DNA of 64,000 nucleotides, taken from assembly GCA_010356995.1 (NCBI GenBank), contig ML996698.1, positions 493,923 through 557,922 of the forward strand, in the 5' to 3' direction. The translations under genes and the position numbers were made by a program. The DNA comes from Trichodelitschia bisporula (lineage: Eukaryota). Below, in pieces: positions 12,363-26,259 of this stretch (position 1 is its first letter; each line of letters opens with the position of its first letter). The notes under the pieces were generated by a model, which did no database searches, was not told the origin of the DNA, and worked only from the letters and a program-made list of their open reading frames with translations.

Positions 12363-15300
12363 GGTGTCTTTGATACTGGCGCCGGTGGCGGTGACACTGT
12401 TTAGGGACTCGAGAATTTAATTGGAGAGGCCAGAGATGAGCAGGCGTCGACGCTAAATGTTGCCAGAATGCGATGATTTCCGAATACAGAGATGATGCGA
12501 TTTAATGGTGAACCACAAGTAGCTATGGCTGCTTATTGTTGCTGCCTGTGGTCGAGTGGGGTTGTTGTAAATATTTCGGTTGTCGGCCGGGGGTCTGGCC
12601 GACGTTTGTCGGCGGGCGGGGTGGCAATTGGCCGCGGCCCTTTCATCGGGTCATCGTCAAGAGTAGCGGCTGAGACACATAACCAAACATCGATCCTCGG
12701 GCCGTTGATCATTTCTTCGGGCCAGATGGAACGGAGCTCCAAAATCCCATTCCAAAACTGATGCTCCGTGCGAGCAACTAAACTGACGCTACAACGCAGG
12801 CGAATCTCACGATGTGGGGAAATAGTATCTAGTATCGCTAGCCAAGGCGGTCTTGGAGTGTATTATCGTAGGGTGTGGCCTTAAATCGGTTAAAGCACGC
12901 GCGGAAGCGAAATGCCACTAAGCTAGAGAGTTGCCGTGACAGTCGGAGGGCCCCGCTTTGCATCTCGACCGCCGGCATGGATAGCAATCTGCACAGCTTC
13001 GCTTCCGTCTCGGAATCGCGCCGAACAGCAATCGGGCTATCGAGCGAGAGCACCGGCTCCGGTATGTAAGCGCAGCTTGCACGGCGCTACTGTACTATGT
13101 GACCGGCAGCGGCTCTCAATCCAGACTGCAGAACCTTCCCCACTATCTACCACCTCAAACATGACTCGTCCTCTTCCGCGGCCATGTACGTAACATGTTC
13201 CGGACCGCGGAGATCAGATATGCAGATGGAACAGGCTGATGTGCGCGCATGCTCTCCCCGCAATATCCACTCGATGATCATTGGTAACCTCGATGCTACC
13301 CCGCCTCTCCTTCCCCCTCCCCCGTCCCGTGGTCCGTTCCTGCAGTATGCCGGTCCGTCCACTCAAGAGTCGCTTGGTACTGTGACAGACGCGCGCCTGG
13401 CAAGTAGACATTCAGCCGAGCAGCCCGGCCACGCAATATTCGCAGTGGCAGAACAGCAAGCAAGCAAAGTCATAGCACAGAGGACCTAACGCCCTTCCCG
13501 CAGAAGCAATATCCGTAATGGCGAGGCTGGCCCAAGACTTTAAAATGACAGTTAACAGCCTAGCTCCATGCCGTGCCGCCGCGGAAAGTCACAGACCCAC
13601 AGCCCTATCCGCGACAGCACGACCCCTCCAACGACCCCTCCCTACACAGCCCTAATTTCTGCATCGCGCGGTTGGCGTTGAACAAGTGGGGTCTGGGCGC
13701 TGGGCTCAAAGCAAGGCGAAGTCGGGATACTTCGCGAAAAGGTAGAGACGGGCGGGGGATGGAAGTTGCTCCTTCCCCAGTGTGTAACGACTATCGTGCG
13801 TGACGCAAGGGACGCGTAAAGTGCAGGAGGTTATAAAAATACGAGCACCCTGTACCGCGGGAGAATGGCCTTGAGGGCTAAGGTCGGCATGAGGGCGGAG
13901 TAGAAAGGGCTGAAACTTGAGAGTGCGGAGAAGGCACGCCTGGTCTGGGGTGTATGTCCTGGGGATGGGGAACGGGTTTATTTTCTGCTGCGCCGGGGTT
14001 CTGAGCTCGTGTGAACGACGTGCAGAGGCGAGAGGAAGGAGGCCTGGACTGATTAGTGTTGAATGATGAGTCTTCAATTTTCGGCTGCCGCAGTGATGGT
14101 TGGGGAGAAGAGTAAAGGCTAAAGCTTAGTGCGACACGGAGAGTTGCGGGCAATACACACGGTACAGCGTGTCCGAATAATCTTGTTCTTCGAAGTCAGA
14201 GTAGGTACAGCGCAACCGGCTTGGGTTGCCTCGTCGGCTCTCAATGCATTGGCCGGGGCCGAGAGGTCGGGAGTGCTGCGAGTTCCGGTGGCACACGCCT
14301 CGATCACGAGCGAGCCATGTTGCTACCCCCCGGTCGGAGATCCTAGCCGCGTGTGGTGTACGGAGGAGGGTTGCCCACTGAAGCGTGGTTACAGCACAAC
14401 AGGGACTGAGACGAGGTCGCCCTAAAGCCAGGAGCCGATAGACACTCCGGGAGAGGGAAGAGCAGGTAGCACGAATATGGTGATTCGTAGCGTCTTCTCA
14501 AGCCGCTGGTCCGTCGATATTTAGGCTTCAACGCCAAGGCAGGGCAGGGCGAGGCGACCAGGTGAATAGTGGGAGCGGAACTTTGGCCACTCTCCCTCAC
14601 TGAAATATCTGATGGCCTTGAGAAATGTGGGCAGACGGTGGGCGAGAGGGCGAAGCTGCTCGCTTGTGTGCGTCGGCCATGGTTTGTGGTCGCTCACGGA
14701 GACTTATCCTGTTACCCTACGACGGTCTGCCACACGTCCTACACGCTTGCCTTTGCCTCAATGCGTGCTCTGTAGCCCCAAACCTTTGGGTTACCGGCTG
14801 CTAGGGTTGGCGCGTAGCGCGGAGCTCTGATCTGATGAGTTGCCCTGACGTAGTACTGTGCGTAATATGAATGTATGATAGAGAGCAGCATCCTTCCCAC
14901 CGATTCCTTTGCTTAGGTTGCTTGAGACATGTCGTTGCTCGGCGCCTGAGCAGAACCAATCCGAAATAGGCAAAACGGAAACAGCAATGCCGCCACCTAA
15001 CCGCTAGAATCTGCGCGTCGCTGAAGAAGATAGATTAGCCGCGAGCCATACATGCGTCCTCGTCACTTCGAGCGATGGAACTGCGCGCAAGCCGCAGAAG
15101 CAGCCATCAGGCATGAGATAAAATCAAGGGATCATGGCAAAGCCAGTCGAATTTCAGTGGCGGAACGAGGACGAGCTGACATTGGCGGGCCCTACTTCAC
15201 CCTACGGGAGCACAAAGTGCGAAACGCCCAACTCTTTACGAGGGCAATCCCCGTCGAACCGGGGGGGAAGCGGGCAGAGTTGCGCACCTGTTGCCGAGTG

Positions 15301-18300
15301 TCGCAAAGCCGTTGCGGGAAGAGGAGGGGGGTTGAGAGTTGGTGCGAGTTGGCAATGCTTGTGGACATGGTTGGGAAGTCGAAGCTCCCCAGCTCCCGTC
15401 GATTTTGACGTGCGCCAACAAAGCACTGCCTACTCCGCGCCAGGCTGGCTGCTTGTCAAGGTCAGTTGCCGCTCTACTCTATGCCTCAACTGGCTGCTTG
15501 TCCGATGAGCACGTCTAGCCTGGTCGATGATGATGTCCTGGTCGTACTATGGGTTTGCGCGCGCGTGTGGTTGTCCAGCTCGACCGTTCCCTCGGTCGGC
15601 AGCGATGTCCAGCTCCGCGCTCCATGCAGCCATTCGTCATGGCTGGCGGCGCCAGGTGCGATTTCGCAAGTCTCAGCCATCTCATGAGCGAACAGCGAGC
15701 CACTAGATCCCCAAGGTCTCCGATGAGCAATGCCGTTGGACAAGTGGGTTAGGCATATAGCGCCACCAGTCTTCGCGTATCACCGTTTTATCGAGGCTGA
15801 TGATGGAGGGGTCCGATTTTGCCTTGGGAGGACGGCCCGGTCTAGTGCGCGACAAAGTCCCCTTACCAGTGCCTTGCTGCGTGGCCTTCGCGAGGCGTAT
15901 CCGAAGAAAGGTACCACGATCGTGACAGAACGCTCCCCCTCATCCATCCCCGCATCCAACTAGTAACTCCCATGCCCTAGAGCCGAGCCAGTGTGATCTC
16001 TCAAAAGCAATGCAGCATAGAACGCGAAGTGGATACTTGGTACAGAGCGCAGACATACGTCATGAAGGCAGGTTGGCTGGCTGGCCTCCTTTCCGCGCCG
16101 TTTCGCATCCGCATCCCAGCTCTCAAGCAGCAGCCGGGAGGATGGAGGGCGAGTGTGGCACAGTGTGGCGCAGGAGGGTAAAGAGTTCACCCTAAGTAGT
16201 CTAGCGGGGGGGGGGCTGGCTGGACCATGCCGCTAGGCACAAGCCCCCTCCGTTGTTACAAGGGCACGACGGGCGGGCGTTGCGCAGTGCGAGCTGCAAT
16301 AATAATGGCTGCATTTCCTGCCACACACCAACTGGCCATGTCTCTCCTTGTGCGGCTGCGGGCGGTAACTGGCTAGGGAGGGGATGTGCCGGTGGTCGGT
16401 TACAAAGTGGGTGTGCCACTCAGCGGAAGTCCATGTTCTCGGGGCCCGTACGGTACGGTATCGTGCCCGCATACACCCGCCCATTGCCCATGCTGATTCA
16501 TCCCTCGAAGATGGAGAAGCTTGAACTGCTTGCTCAAAGGTATAGTAATCAGGATAAAGGCATACGTCTTGCTAGCATTGCAGATGGAGCGAATGAGAAG
16601 TAGAGTTTAAGGGGGGTTTGGGGACTGCAGTGTGGCGGTGCCACATGGAGGTTCCTCCGCACGGGGATTGACTGGTCGCCCTGAGGGTGGCAGTGGGCGT
16701 CAGTGTGGCAGGCTGGGGGGGGGGGGAAGCGGAGACAACCGCGACCCGGCTGAAAGTTTTTATGGGCAGTGGTGCGGAGGAGGGAGACGACGAACTGATG
16801 AACATGCGATATTGAGGAACGGGACTGGGTCACGATCATTGTGTCGCCGCGTTTCCGTGTGCTGGATGGCTAGCTACTCAAACTTCCAACAATGCCAGCT
16901 GCCAGCGACTTGGTCAATCTCCTACCAAACACATATCCAAGCTCATCGTGCCCTGTGGCCCTACGGTTAACTGCCTACCAACGAACCTACGTAACTGGCC
17001 CTACCTGAAAGGCGGGTCAAGGTTCCAGCCAGCAGTACATCCGTAATCAGTAACGCAGCTTTTGCACAATCCGCCCATTTTGCTTCCAACTCCTGGTTGA
17101 CGAAGTCCATTGCCGTATGTTATCCTACAGTGCTACCGTTCTTCTACGTCTCGCTCACTTCGTTCCTTGTCCTCATCATTCCCATCCTCCGCCTCCCTTT
17201 CCTCTTCCGGACCCATATCTTTCCGTCTTCCCCACCCCCTCACCGTTTCCCCTCCCCCTCCTCTACCCTCCCCCCACTCTCTCCACCACCACCTCTTCCT
17301 TCCTCCCCCAGGCTCCCAAGCCCGCTGGCGGCTGCACAACGCGACAAGGATAGCCGTCGCGCCGTCGCCTTGCGCCCCACAAACTACCCCCCCCTCCCCC
17401 GGTCTGGGAGTCGGTGGGTAATTTTCTTTCGTCAAGACGTTTCCTAGTAGGGCTGAGAAATAGAGGAGGGCAAAGTAAATGCCACCAAAGGGCCAATGCA
17501 CCTGCAGCCAACGGGACGGGTGATCCCAGTAGACCAGTACTATTTTGTAGTCAGAAAATTGAAGCTGCGGACCAAGCAGCAGGTAGCAAGCAGTAGCAAC
17601 AGCGGGCAGCAGAGGAAGACAAAAACGCGTTAAGCCCTCCTGCGATGCATAAGTGCTAGCTTGCACCCCCCCAAAATACAGTACGCAGATGTGGAAGTGA
17701 GATGAGGAGTATCAACTAGTTCTAGTTTTAGTTCTACGGAGTAGTCGGCCTACCCTACCCCGGCCCACCAGATCCAGCGGTGTTTTTTCCATCCTTGGGA
17801 GGCTATCCTCCGCATTACCACTCTTTTGCTTCGCGCGCGCCCACAAACGCACCGCACGCCGTCTTCGCATCACCCTCTCACCCGCAAAACTCGCACCTCT
17901 CATATTCTCACCCTTCTCACCCTCTCATACTCTCCCCTCCCCCTACCAACTCCCCACCTCCCCACTTCTTCCCTCTCTCCCTTGTTTTCGAACCCTCAAG
18001 GGAAAACACACACTGCTACCTCGCTCTCCCACCCTTACATACTTACCGCTTCTCTCTCTCCCTCCCTCTCTCTCTCTCTCGCTTTCTTCTCTCTCCTCAT
18101 CACTCCCACGTTGTTGTACCCGCTCATCACCTTCTCATCGCCTTACGCGGTTCGGCTTACTTCAACTCTTCAGCCTGCAAAATCCTGCAAAAGGCCTGAC
18201 CTTTTCTCGCTCGCCTTCTCACCTCACTCCATCCTCATCCCACTCTAACTCGTACTGCCATTGCCATACGTCTCTACTCCCGCAAGAAGACGGTTCCTCG

Positions 18301-18991
18301 CTCACTCAAGCCATCACCGTCTCCACCATCACCACTACCACTATCAGCATTAGCACCCTTCTCCATTTCAATACTGCTCTTGCTCCACACCCCGCCTAAC
18401 ACGGTACGTATCCTTGTGCACTCTCACCCCCTGCTACCCACCCTCCAATCCCCTAAAACCGCCGGTTTCGATAATCCTTCTCCAGCCTGAAAAAAAAACT
18501 GCCCTCTTCCTCTGTCTTCTGAAAGTCGCGCTTGCCCCTCCTGCGCTCCCTCACCCTCTCGAACTCTCTCCCCATCGTCGCGAAGCTCCGCTATACCTTT
18601 CCGAACACTTCGAAAATGCCCTATTAAATACAACCCCAGCTAGCCTTGCACTTTCACCTTCTTGTTGCCCTCCTTTACCCTGTTAGAACCACTCGGTTCT
18701 CTTATTTCTCCCTTCCCTTCCCTTCCCACACCCCCCCATTCCTTCTTTTCCCTCGAGCTCACCGCTGTTGTTGCTCCACCCCACCACCACCACCACCACC
18801 GCGACCCACCCCCTCCTCACGCTCCATTTTCCGCCAGCCTTACCCTTGTTTTCTGCGCCCTGTGGCTGGCTGCCACCCGAAAGCAGTTGAAGCGCCCGCC
18901 CAAAGCTGTTGCTGATAATCGCCACAGACAATAAAGTGCGGCTTCGCTCAGCTGGTGGCAACCGCGAATTGCTTCAGCTTTGAACTACACC

Positions 18992-20985
18992 ATGGCTCCT
19001 CTGCCTCTGTCGGTTCCAATATCATATGGAACTAACAGGAATGATACCCACAATGGCTCGTCCTTGTCGGTGCCTATGGCTATACCCAACGCCCGTGAGG
19101 CTGTACCGCCGCCTTTGCCGCCACCACGGTACATTGAAGAGCTCGGCCAAGGCCAAGATGCTGCCTGGGCTTTTCAAAACCGTCACCAGGTCGAAAGGTA
19201 CAACGCGCCGGTGAAGGGCAGCTTGCTAGGCGGTAGCAGCGACAGCGGCATATCCATGAACGCCGACCGTTATGGTCACCACGACTCGCGCAAGAACAGC
19301 TACGCCACTCAGGACGACGATGCTGACGGCACGGACAGCCAGGACGCTGACCGCCGTGATTTCAGGTACGCCTTACTTCTCGCACTTGTGGTTCAATTGC
19401 TGACAGGTCATTCACAGGCTGCAAAACAAGCTGCGAGGCGAACTTCAGCTCGGCGCGCGCAACCTCAACACGTCATCGCAGGCATATGACAAACAACTCC
19501 TCTCAAAGATTGGTGGGCCTGCTGCGGACCGAACTCCAGGCTTTTACTACAGTGGTGCATCCCCTTCAGAGGCCCAGCGTCACAGCCACCGTCTGCCACC
19601 TCAACTGGCGCCACTCAACGTACCCGAGAACCGGTACGCTTCTCTCGATTCGCCCCACAATCACTGGGGAGCTTCGTCGGCCGGTCTGTCGCCTGCGTCT
19701 TACGTGCGCAGCCCCATCATCGACAACAACTCGCTAGAAAACGCGTATGCTCGGCGCAAGCACGGCTCGTCGACCCCAGACGGGTTCGAAGACACGACTT
19801 CGGGACACCGTTCGCAGCGGAACAGCGAAGACCATGGTGTTTTCCTTGATCCTGAACTAGGCGTAGAGGACCATGAACGGAGCCCTTCCACGGGTACGGA
19901 TCAAGGCAAGGGTCGCAAGCGGAGGGCGTCCTCGCCACTGGCAGACAGCGTCCGCGATGACCGTGCCGTGGGGCCTGGCAACGACCTTTATCGGCGCCGT
20001 TCCCAACAGAGGCTTGCCATCCGAGGCGCCCCCCCGCCGCGCTTCCCCGCCGCCCATGGTTCGTTGGCCTCTACCGCTTCTCTTGCTACCCGCGCTGGAT
20101 CGTCTTGGGCCTCTGAATATAATTTCTCCGTGGCTAGCGCCGCTACAAGCTACAATGGAGACCGGCTGTCACCGAGCGCGCTCTCCCCTTCGGCTCCGGA
20201 AATGGAATATCCGGCTTCGCCTTTTGGACGTAGGATGGATCGCAGCCCTCGCGGATCAATCTCTCAGATGGTCCACCACCGCCGTCCGTCCGAAGCCGAA
20301 TCTCATGCCCGTCAGCCTGCGTCTCGGCAGAATAGCATTTCGGGGCTGCATATCCATCATCAGTACATCTGCGAGTGCTGCCCGAAAAAGCCAAAGAAGT
20401 TCGAGACGGAAAAGGAACTTGCGTTAGTGATTACTGTTCACGTTATGATTTGACATCGCTGACAACAATAGTGATCACCAGGCAGAAAAGCAATACCGCT
20501 GCGCCTACTGCAACAACCGCTTCAAGAACAAGAATGAGGCGGAGCGTCACCAAAATTCCCTCCACCTTCGCCGGTATTCGTGGTCGTGTAATTCGCTCAA
20601 GAGTGTGCAAGCCGCCTTCCACAATTCGACCATCCACCCGACCACGGCGGACGTTTGCGGCTACTGCGGCCAAGAGTTTCCCAACCCCGCCGACTGGGAA
20701 GCGCGCGCGGAGCACCTCTGCCAGGTTCACAAGTACGGCGAATGTAATCAAGGCAAGAAGTTTTACCGCGCCGACCATTTCCGTCAGCATCTGAAGCACA
20801 GCCACTCAGGCACGAGTGGCAAGTGGACCAATCAACTGGAGACGGCTTGCATGCAGGATGAACCCCCGCAGCCGATGCTCGCCGACCGCTTGCCGTCCGT
20901 AATTCCCGCGGGCCTTTCGCTGCTCCCGCCGCCGCCGATGATTCCGCCTCCCGGGGTCCTGGGCGAAGTGCGCGAGGAAATGTGA
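18992..20985 (+). CDS. C2H2 zinc-finger transcription factor (four C-terminal fingers), 3 coding exons
   Basis: PPPLPPPRYI, YDKQLLSKIGGP, CECCPKKPKKF, YRCAYCNNRFKNKNEAERHQNSLHLRRYSWSC, CGYCGQEF..HLCQVH, CNQGKKFYRADHFRQHLKHSH. Introns at 19366-19417 and ~20423-20471. Confidence 0.93.
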
Positions 20986-23900
20986 AGAGTAAGGGGTGCG
21001 ATAGGCACAAAAAAATGGCATAGGAAAAAAGCTGATGGCTCTACAAGCTAAGAGGGCATAATCATTGCATACTCCTGGTATGTTTGTCACGGAATCAGCT
21101 GCAGGGTGTGGGCGTTGTCGACTGATCATCTGTTACTACGAGAGCGGGCCTTTTCGTTTCTGGCCTTGGGGATGATGGGAACGGTGGAGGCGTATTGCTT
21201 GCTGACCAGGCTGGTGTCTCTTTGATTTTGCCTTTGAGCGGCGCTTGCATGGGAAGCTCTCACAAGAGATGCGAATATTTACTGCTTGTATCTGGCGCTT
21301 GGAGTCGCATGTTGCTGGGCAGGACGGGGTGTCGAAAAAGGACGGGGGCGCGAATTGAATGGTAATGGCGGATGGCGTACTGGCTTTTGTCCTTGCGTTG
21401 TCGTCGACAGGTCATAACCCCCGTCGACGTCATTGCCATTGTCGGCGGTATGATGGTCATTCACATACACCCGGCCTGGTGATGTCTAGTGTATAACTTG
21501 TGGTAGCCAGCAGCTCTCTCTCGCAGTCTGGCGTTCAAAAAATGGGACAAGAGTGGAATGAAAAAGCAAGTTTTGTGAATTTCATGGTTGTGCGAGACAT
21601 GGGCCCAGGCCGGTGGCAGGCGTGGACAGTGCTGCTGACGACGTGTGTAGCGTCGATGCGATTGGTGCGAGGAGGGAGGTGTAATGCTGATGGGATGGGA
21701 GCGGGTGGAGCATGTGGTTTGCTCGGGCGACGTATTAAGCAGTGCGTATCCGTATTCACGGTTTATCTGAACGGGGAAATTCCCGCGCCCAACGGTCTGA
21801 TCGGAGGCGCCAGGTCTGATTCATAATGCGGAAGCTGGGCTGGTGGCTTGCTGGGTGCGCTGCTCGGAGGCGTAGCCCGTTGGCGCTCTGGATCTGTACC
21901 GCATGTCTCGTGATATGACGAAGATAATCGGGGTCGCGCGGGCCAGCCTTGCGCGCAGCACGTTGGACTTGGGCAGCAGGCGCGCGGGTTAGAAGCTCTA
22001 CCCCTACTGTCATGGCCAGCTGATGAGAGATCGGGTATTGTAGTCGGGTGAAGGGGATTGGAGATCGCCGGTGGGGGCGGGGTTGTGAGGAGCTGAGATG
22101 CATGTACCGGTACATTGCAGCCTCAACTTCTGCAGGATTGAGCAGGCTTGCTTGCTGGAGAATCTGTGCAACGACTAATCATTTGGCAAGTCTCATGTGG
22201 TACTGTGCGGTACACTGACCTTTCCGATCTCGGTCCCGTTCCGCCCACTCAATGCACGCCATTTCGGCCCCGCTGGCAATTCACCGCAACCCCGTTAATT
22301 CTCCACATCCCCCGTTGCCCCACCGCGAACGAGGCGGCGATATCGCTCGCAGCGCTTCGGCTCGGCAACCCCATCTCCTCCGTCGGGCCGGCCGTCCTCG
22401 GAGCGACGGGCGAGATTGCAATTGCGAACGCGGCGGCAAGCCCGCTGGCCCCCACCATCGAGCCTTAAACACCCCGCCCCGCAAAAGTGGGTCTGCGCAC
22501 GCACCCCGACGCACGCCACTGCGCGCGCACCAACAGCCAATCGCGGGAGGCAGATTAGTGAGCACCCCATCCCCATCAACCACTGCCCTCGACAGACGGA
22601 AAACGGGGTACACCATCACCCTCGGGATTTCCAATGAAGACAGGACCGACTCTACCCTCACAGCATATCACAGCAAGCCGCCAACCATTCTTCGAATGCA
22701 TGCCTACCCCCACCCACCCACAGTCGCACATCCCCAGCCTTACAGCCCCCCAACCGACGTCCGCCCTACGCGCCAAGACCGCCCCGCATGACGTGCTAGC
22801 CGCGGTGCGGGAGGGCGGAGAGGCGCGCGGCTGCCAAGGCGGGGAGCGGGCGGGCGGGCGACAAGCGGGGTTGGCATCGACGTCGCTGCCTGCGCGCCGC
22901 GCCGCCGCCTGTGGTCTGCCTTGCCGCTCGACTCACTGGGCTCGACTCGGCTTGCTGGGCGAGTTGCGGCAAGCTCACCCCACTGCCGACAGTCGGTGTG
23001 TGCCCATGTCCCGCGCCGCCGCCACGCCACGCCGCATGCGGTAATCGCTCCTCGCAGGGCGCGGTATGCACGTTCCTGCGGGCGGGATGTCCCGCCCGCG
23101 TGGCGGGTGGGGGGAGGCGTTGCGGATTGGGTTCCGGGGTGTGGGGACCGAGGTTTGGCTTGTCACTGTTACTGCTGCTGGGGCCGCTGCTGTTGATGTC
23201 ACCTGGTGGGGTGGGGTCGGTGGTCAGCACTGGGCCCGGGAGCGCGGGCGAGTACGTAGCGGAATGGGCGTGGTGATCGAGGGTGGCGGGAATAGAGGGG
23301 ATCATGGGGGGTAAGCGCGGCAAGATGGGTTTAGATTTAGGAGGGCTGTTTGATGACGGGATGTGATGACGGGATGTTGGAAGCTCGTGTGTGAGCTTAG
23401 TCACCCGCCGCAACTTCTCCATCGTCGCTGTATATACTGTACCGCCGCGGCATGATATTAGCCCGCAAGCCCGGCTCCTGCATCCCTTTCTGCGCTATTT
23501 CTCCCCGTCCTCCGCCCCACTATGCGCCCTCGCTTCTTGCGCCTGCTCCCGCACGCCATTGGCCGTCGCGCGCGTCAGTCAGCCTTGCTAATCGGGCGCC
23601 CGGGCCCAGGGCCGACGGCGTGGAACGGGCCGGTTGACGGTTTCATTGGTAGGAAATACGGAGTTTATTCGATCAGCCTTCGGGCTATGCAGGTCGGCGA
23701 TTGCATCGAAGGAGGCGGTCCATGGCGGAGATTATGGGCTGGGCGAGCCTAAACTCCAATTCCGCGCCGGCCCCGAGTCCGTCGCCATGCGCCCTGACTC
23801 TATTGGCCTCTGACATATGCTTAGAGGCTGGTGGGCGGTTCAGGCTGGCCAAGGTACGGTCCAGGACTGCCAAGGGTTGCCAGGTGCTTGATGGCGAGGT

Positions 23901-26259
23901 GAGAGTGGGGAAGGCGGGTGGTGAGGGGAGCTTATCGAGTCTCGTGGTGGATGAGGAAGGCTTGGTACCCCGCATGTATGCATCGTTAAGTGATAGGTGC
24001 CGTCGAGGAGTTTCCAGAAGCCGCATGTTATGATTACTTATGCCGGTGGACAGAATGATGTCTGAGGCAGCTCAACTATAAATGTTCACTCATCATTTTG
24101 CGACCCGAGATTGCCAAGTGCTCAGATTGCCTATGTATCAGGATCGATGGCAGCCGCGAGCCAGCAAGCAGGTTATAGACACAGAATGGCCAAGCAGGAG
24201 GAGATACAGTGGATGCTAAACAGTGTAAGCTTTGGGAGCATAGCGTCAGTATGCTTCAGTGTCCATAAGCCGAAACCCCATCCGGTTGAGACTTATTGCC
24301 ATCGTTCGAAGAAATTTCTGCGCAAGCGCCGTAGCAGGCTGATGGCTTGTTACGAAGACGTTTTGAGTCCGGTTCCGGCGCTCAATTGGGGAATCCACTG
24401 GATGTGGTCACGGATATGAGTGACAGGTGGTTCGTGCCTGTTTGGTGAGAGCAAGACGATCGTGGCCTGCGGGCAACGCGGCACCCGTTTCAACAATGCC
24501 GTTATAAGGCCGATGAAGGACATGCCTGCCGTCCAGCTGCTTGAACGTCGTGCGGATGATCCCTATGTGCTTCGCAAAGCTGCACTCCTGGGAAACACTA
24601 CACTCAACCCGCGCGGCCAAACGACTCCAGCCTCCTTCCCTTCAAACTGAATACCTTGGGGCCGTTGCGAGGACCTATCCCACAACATGACAGAAGCCTT
24701 GCAGGCAAATCTGTCCATGACCAGGAATCGATCGGGCACGACGGCTATTCGGAGTGTAAAATGTCGCTGAGGGCCGTAAAAGCCGAAATAGTTCAATAAG
24801 GTCAATGTCGAGTTGAGTCCTGCACATTGTGGCTGTGGATCTTCTACTCGTGCGGCAGGGAGTGGCTTTCGGACACGAAGTCGAACCTTCCTGCCAGGTC
24901 TTTGGCGAAATCGCTGACCACTTCATAACCTGACGCGTAGATGCAGCGCTCAAACTCCTTGATCGTTGTTCCTGGGAAGCAAGTGCTGCGGTTGAGCTGG
25001 GCAACGAATTAGCAACGATGCAATCCGGTATGTCCTTTCTTTGTGAACAACGCGTTGATAGACTGTTTGGCTCATGTGGTAGATCTTTCCGCAGAAGAAG
25101 GCGCTTTTGCGAGTGCCAAAGGCAAGGGATTCTCTTCTTCAAGACCCCGGGCAAGCCGGGAACGATGATGAAAAAAAATTGTTCGCGTCAGCTCCAGGTA
25201 GTGTAATAGGAGCGACACAGTGCCAGTCGACATGCGCAAGCACAGAGGCCGACCAGCGGGGTGACAAAAATAAGATCAATCTTGAAGTGACTCCGTAGAG
25301 TCGTTTCAGAGATTAAACTGAAAAGAACAGATACTACACTTGATCTAAGCCAAAGGCAAAGAGAGCTAGAGAAAAGAAGAAGAGGTTTGGAAGGGGGGAA
25401 GTCGAACCTTTATACCCTGGGGGAGCGGGTGCACGGGCCATGGTACCTTGCCAAGCCCTATGCTCCCGCCGTGGGTTAGGGGTCCGGAGTGATATTTGAA
25501 ACAACACACTTCCCAATAACCCCGAGATGGGTGCGGAGTCATTGTGTGTTAAGACTTGACATTGCTTGCGCTGCTTTATCCCCCGATAGGAAAAGATGTC
25601 TGGCCATAGCAAGCGGAAACTTAGACATGTGGCTCTCCGCGCAACCATTAGCAACGCATGCTCCCAGGTTTGGAGCTTCCTCACTCATACCGCCTTAGGA
25701 CTGTAGTCGTTTGGCTTCTCTCAAGGTGACCGATAGTGGAAGCTGAGCATAACCGGGCTTTACGGCCACTACGATCAACCTATCCCCATTGTTATCTCTA
25801 CTCGCATCGACCCGCCCGCATAAACCATCTAACCCCCACCCTATCGTTGTAATGTACACCCATCGGCGACACCACCCATGCAGGATAACGGTCCACGACC
25901 GAAGACATAGCTTCCCAAGGCCCATAGGCACAGCCACTATCCAGCAAGAAAGGCTCAGCAGTCGAAATGAAGCCCAAATATAACGCAAAGTCTCCGCACA
26001 AACAAGCGCCAGGCACCGTGCCACTCGTCACAAGAACCCGTGCCCTGGATTTATCCGCATCAGTATTCCCACATTGTGTATGTACATAATAGCAGGATGC
26101 GAAAAGGCTGACGAAAATAAGAAAATAAGAGACCAAATGACCTGCCCGCACGATCCTCCCAATGCCGACTCTGTGTTGGGGAATATCATGCTGGTACCTC
26201 GCCGCACGCCTACATAAACAAATATCGAAAACGAGAATAATTGCAGCCCGCCATCCCAC

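Noticed and set aside
15851..15870. AAAGTCCCC resembling the RNase MRP CR-I motif
   Set aside because: No matching CR-V (GGGGCTYA-type) partner at a suitable distance downstream.
22796..23422. 208-aa Pro-rich ORF and overlapping ORFs at 21500-24000
   Set aside because: GC-rich low-complexity DNA that is open in many frames; no domain or convincing splice structure. Not fully excluded.
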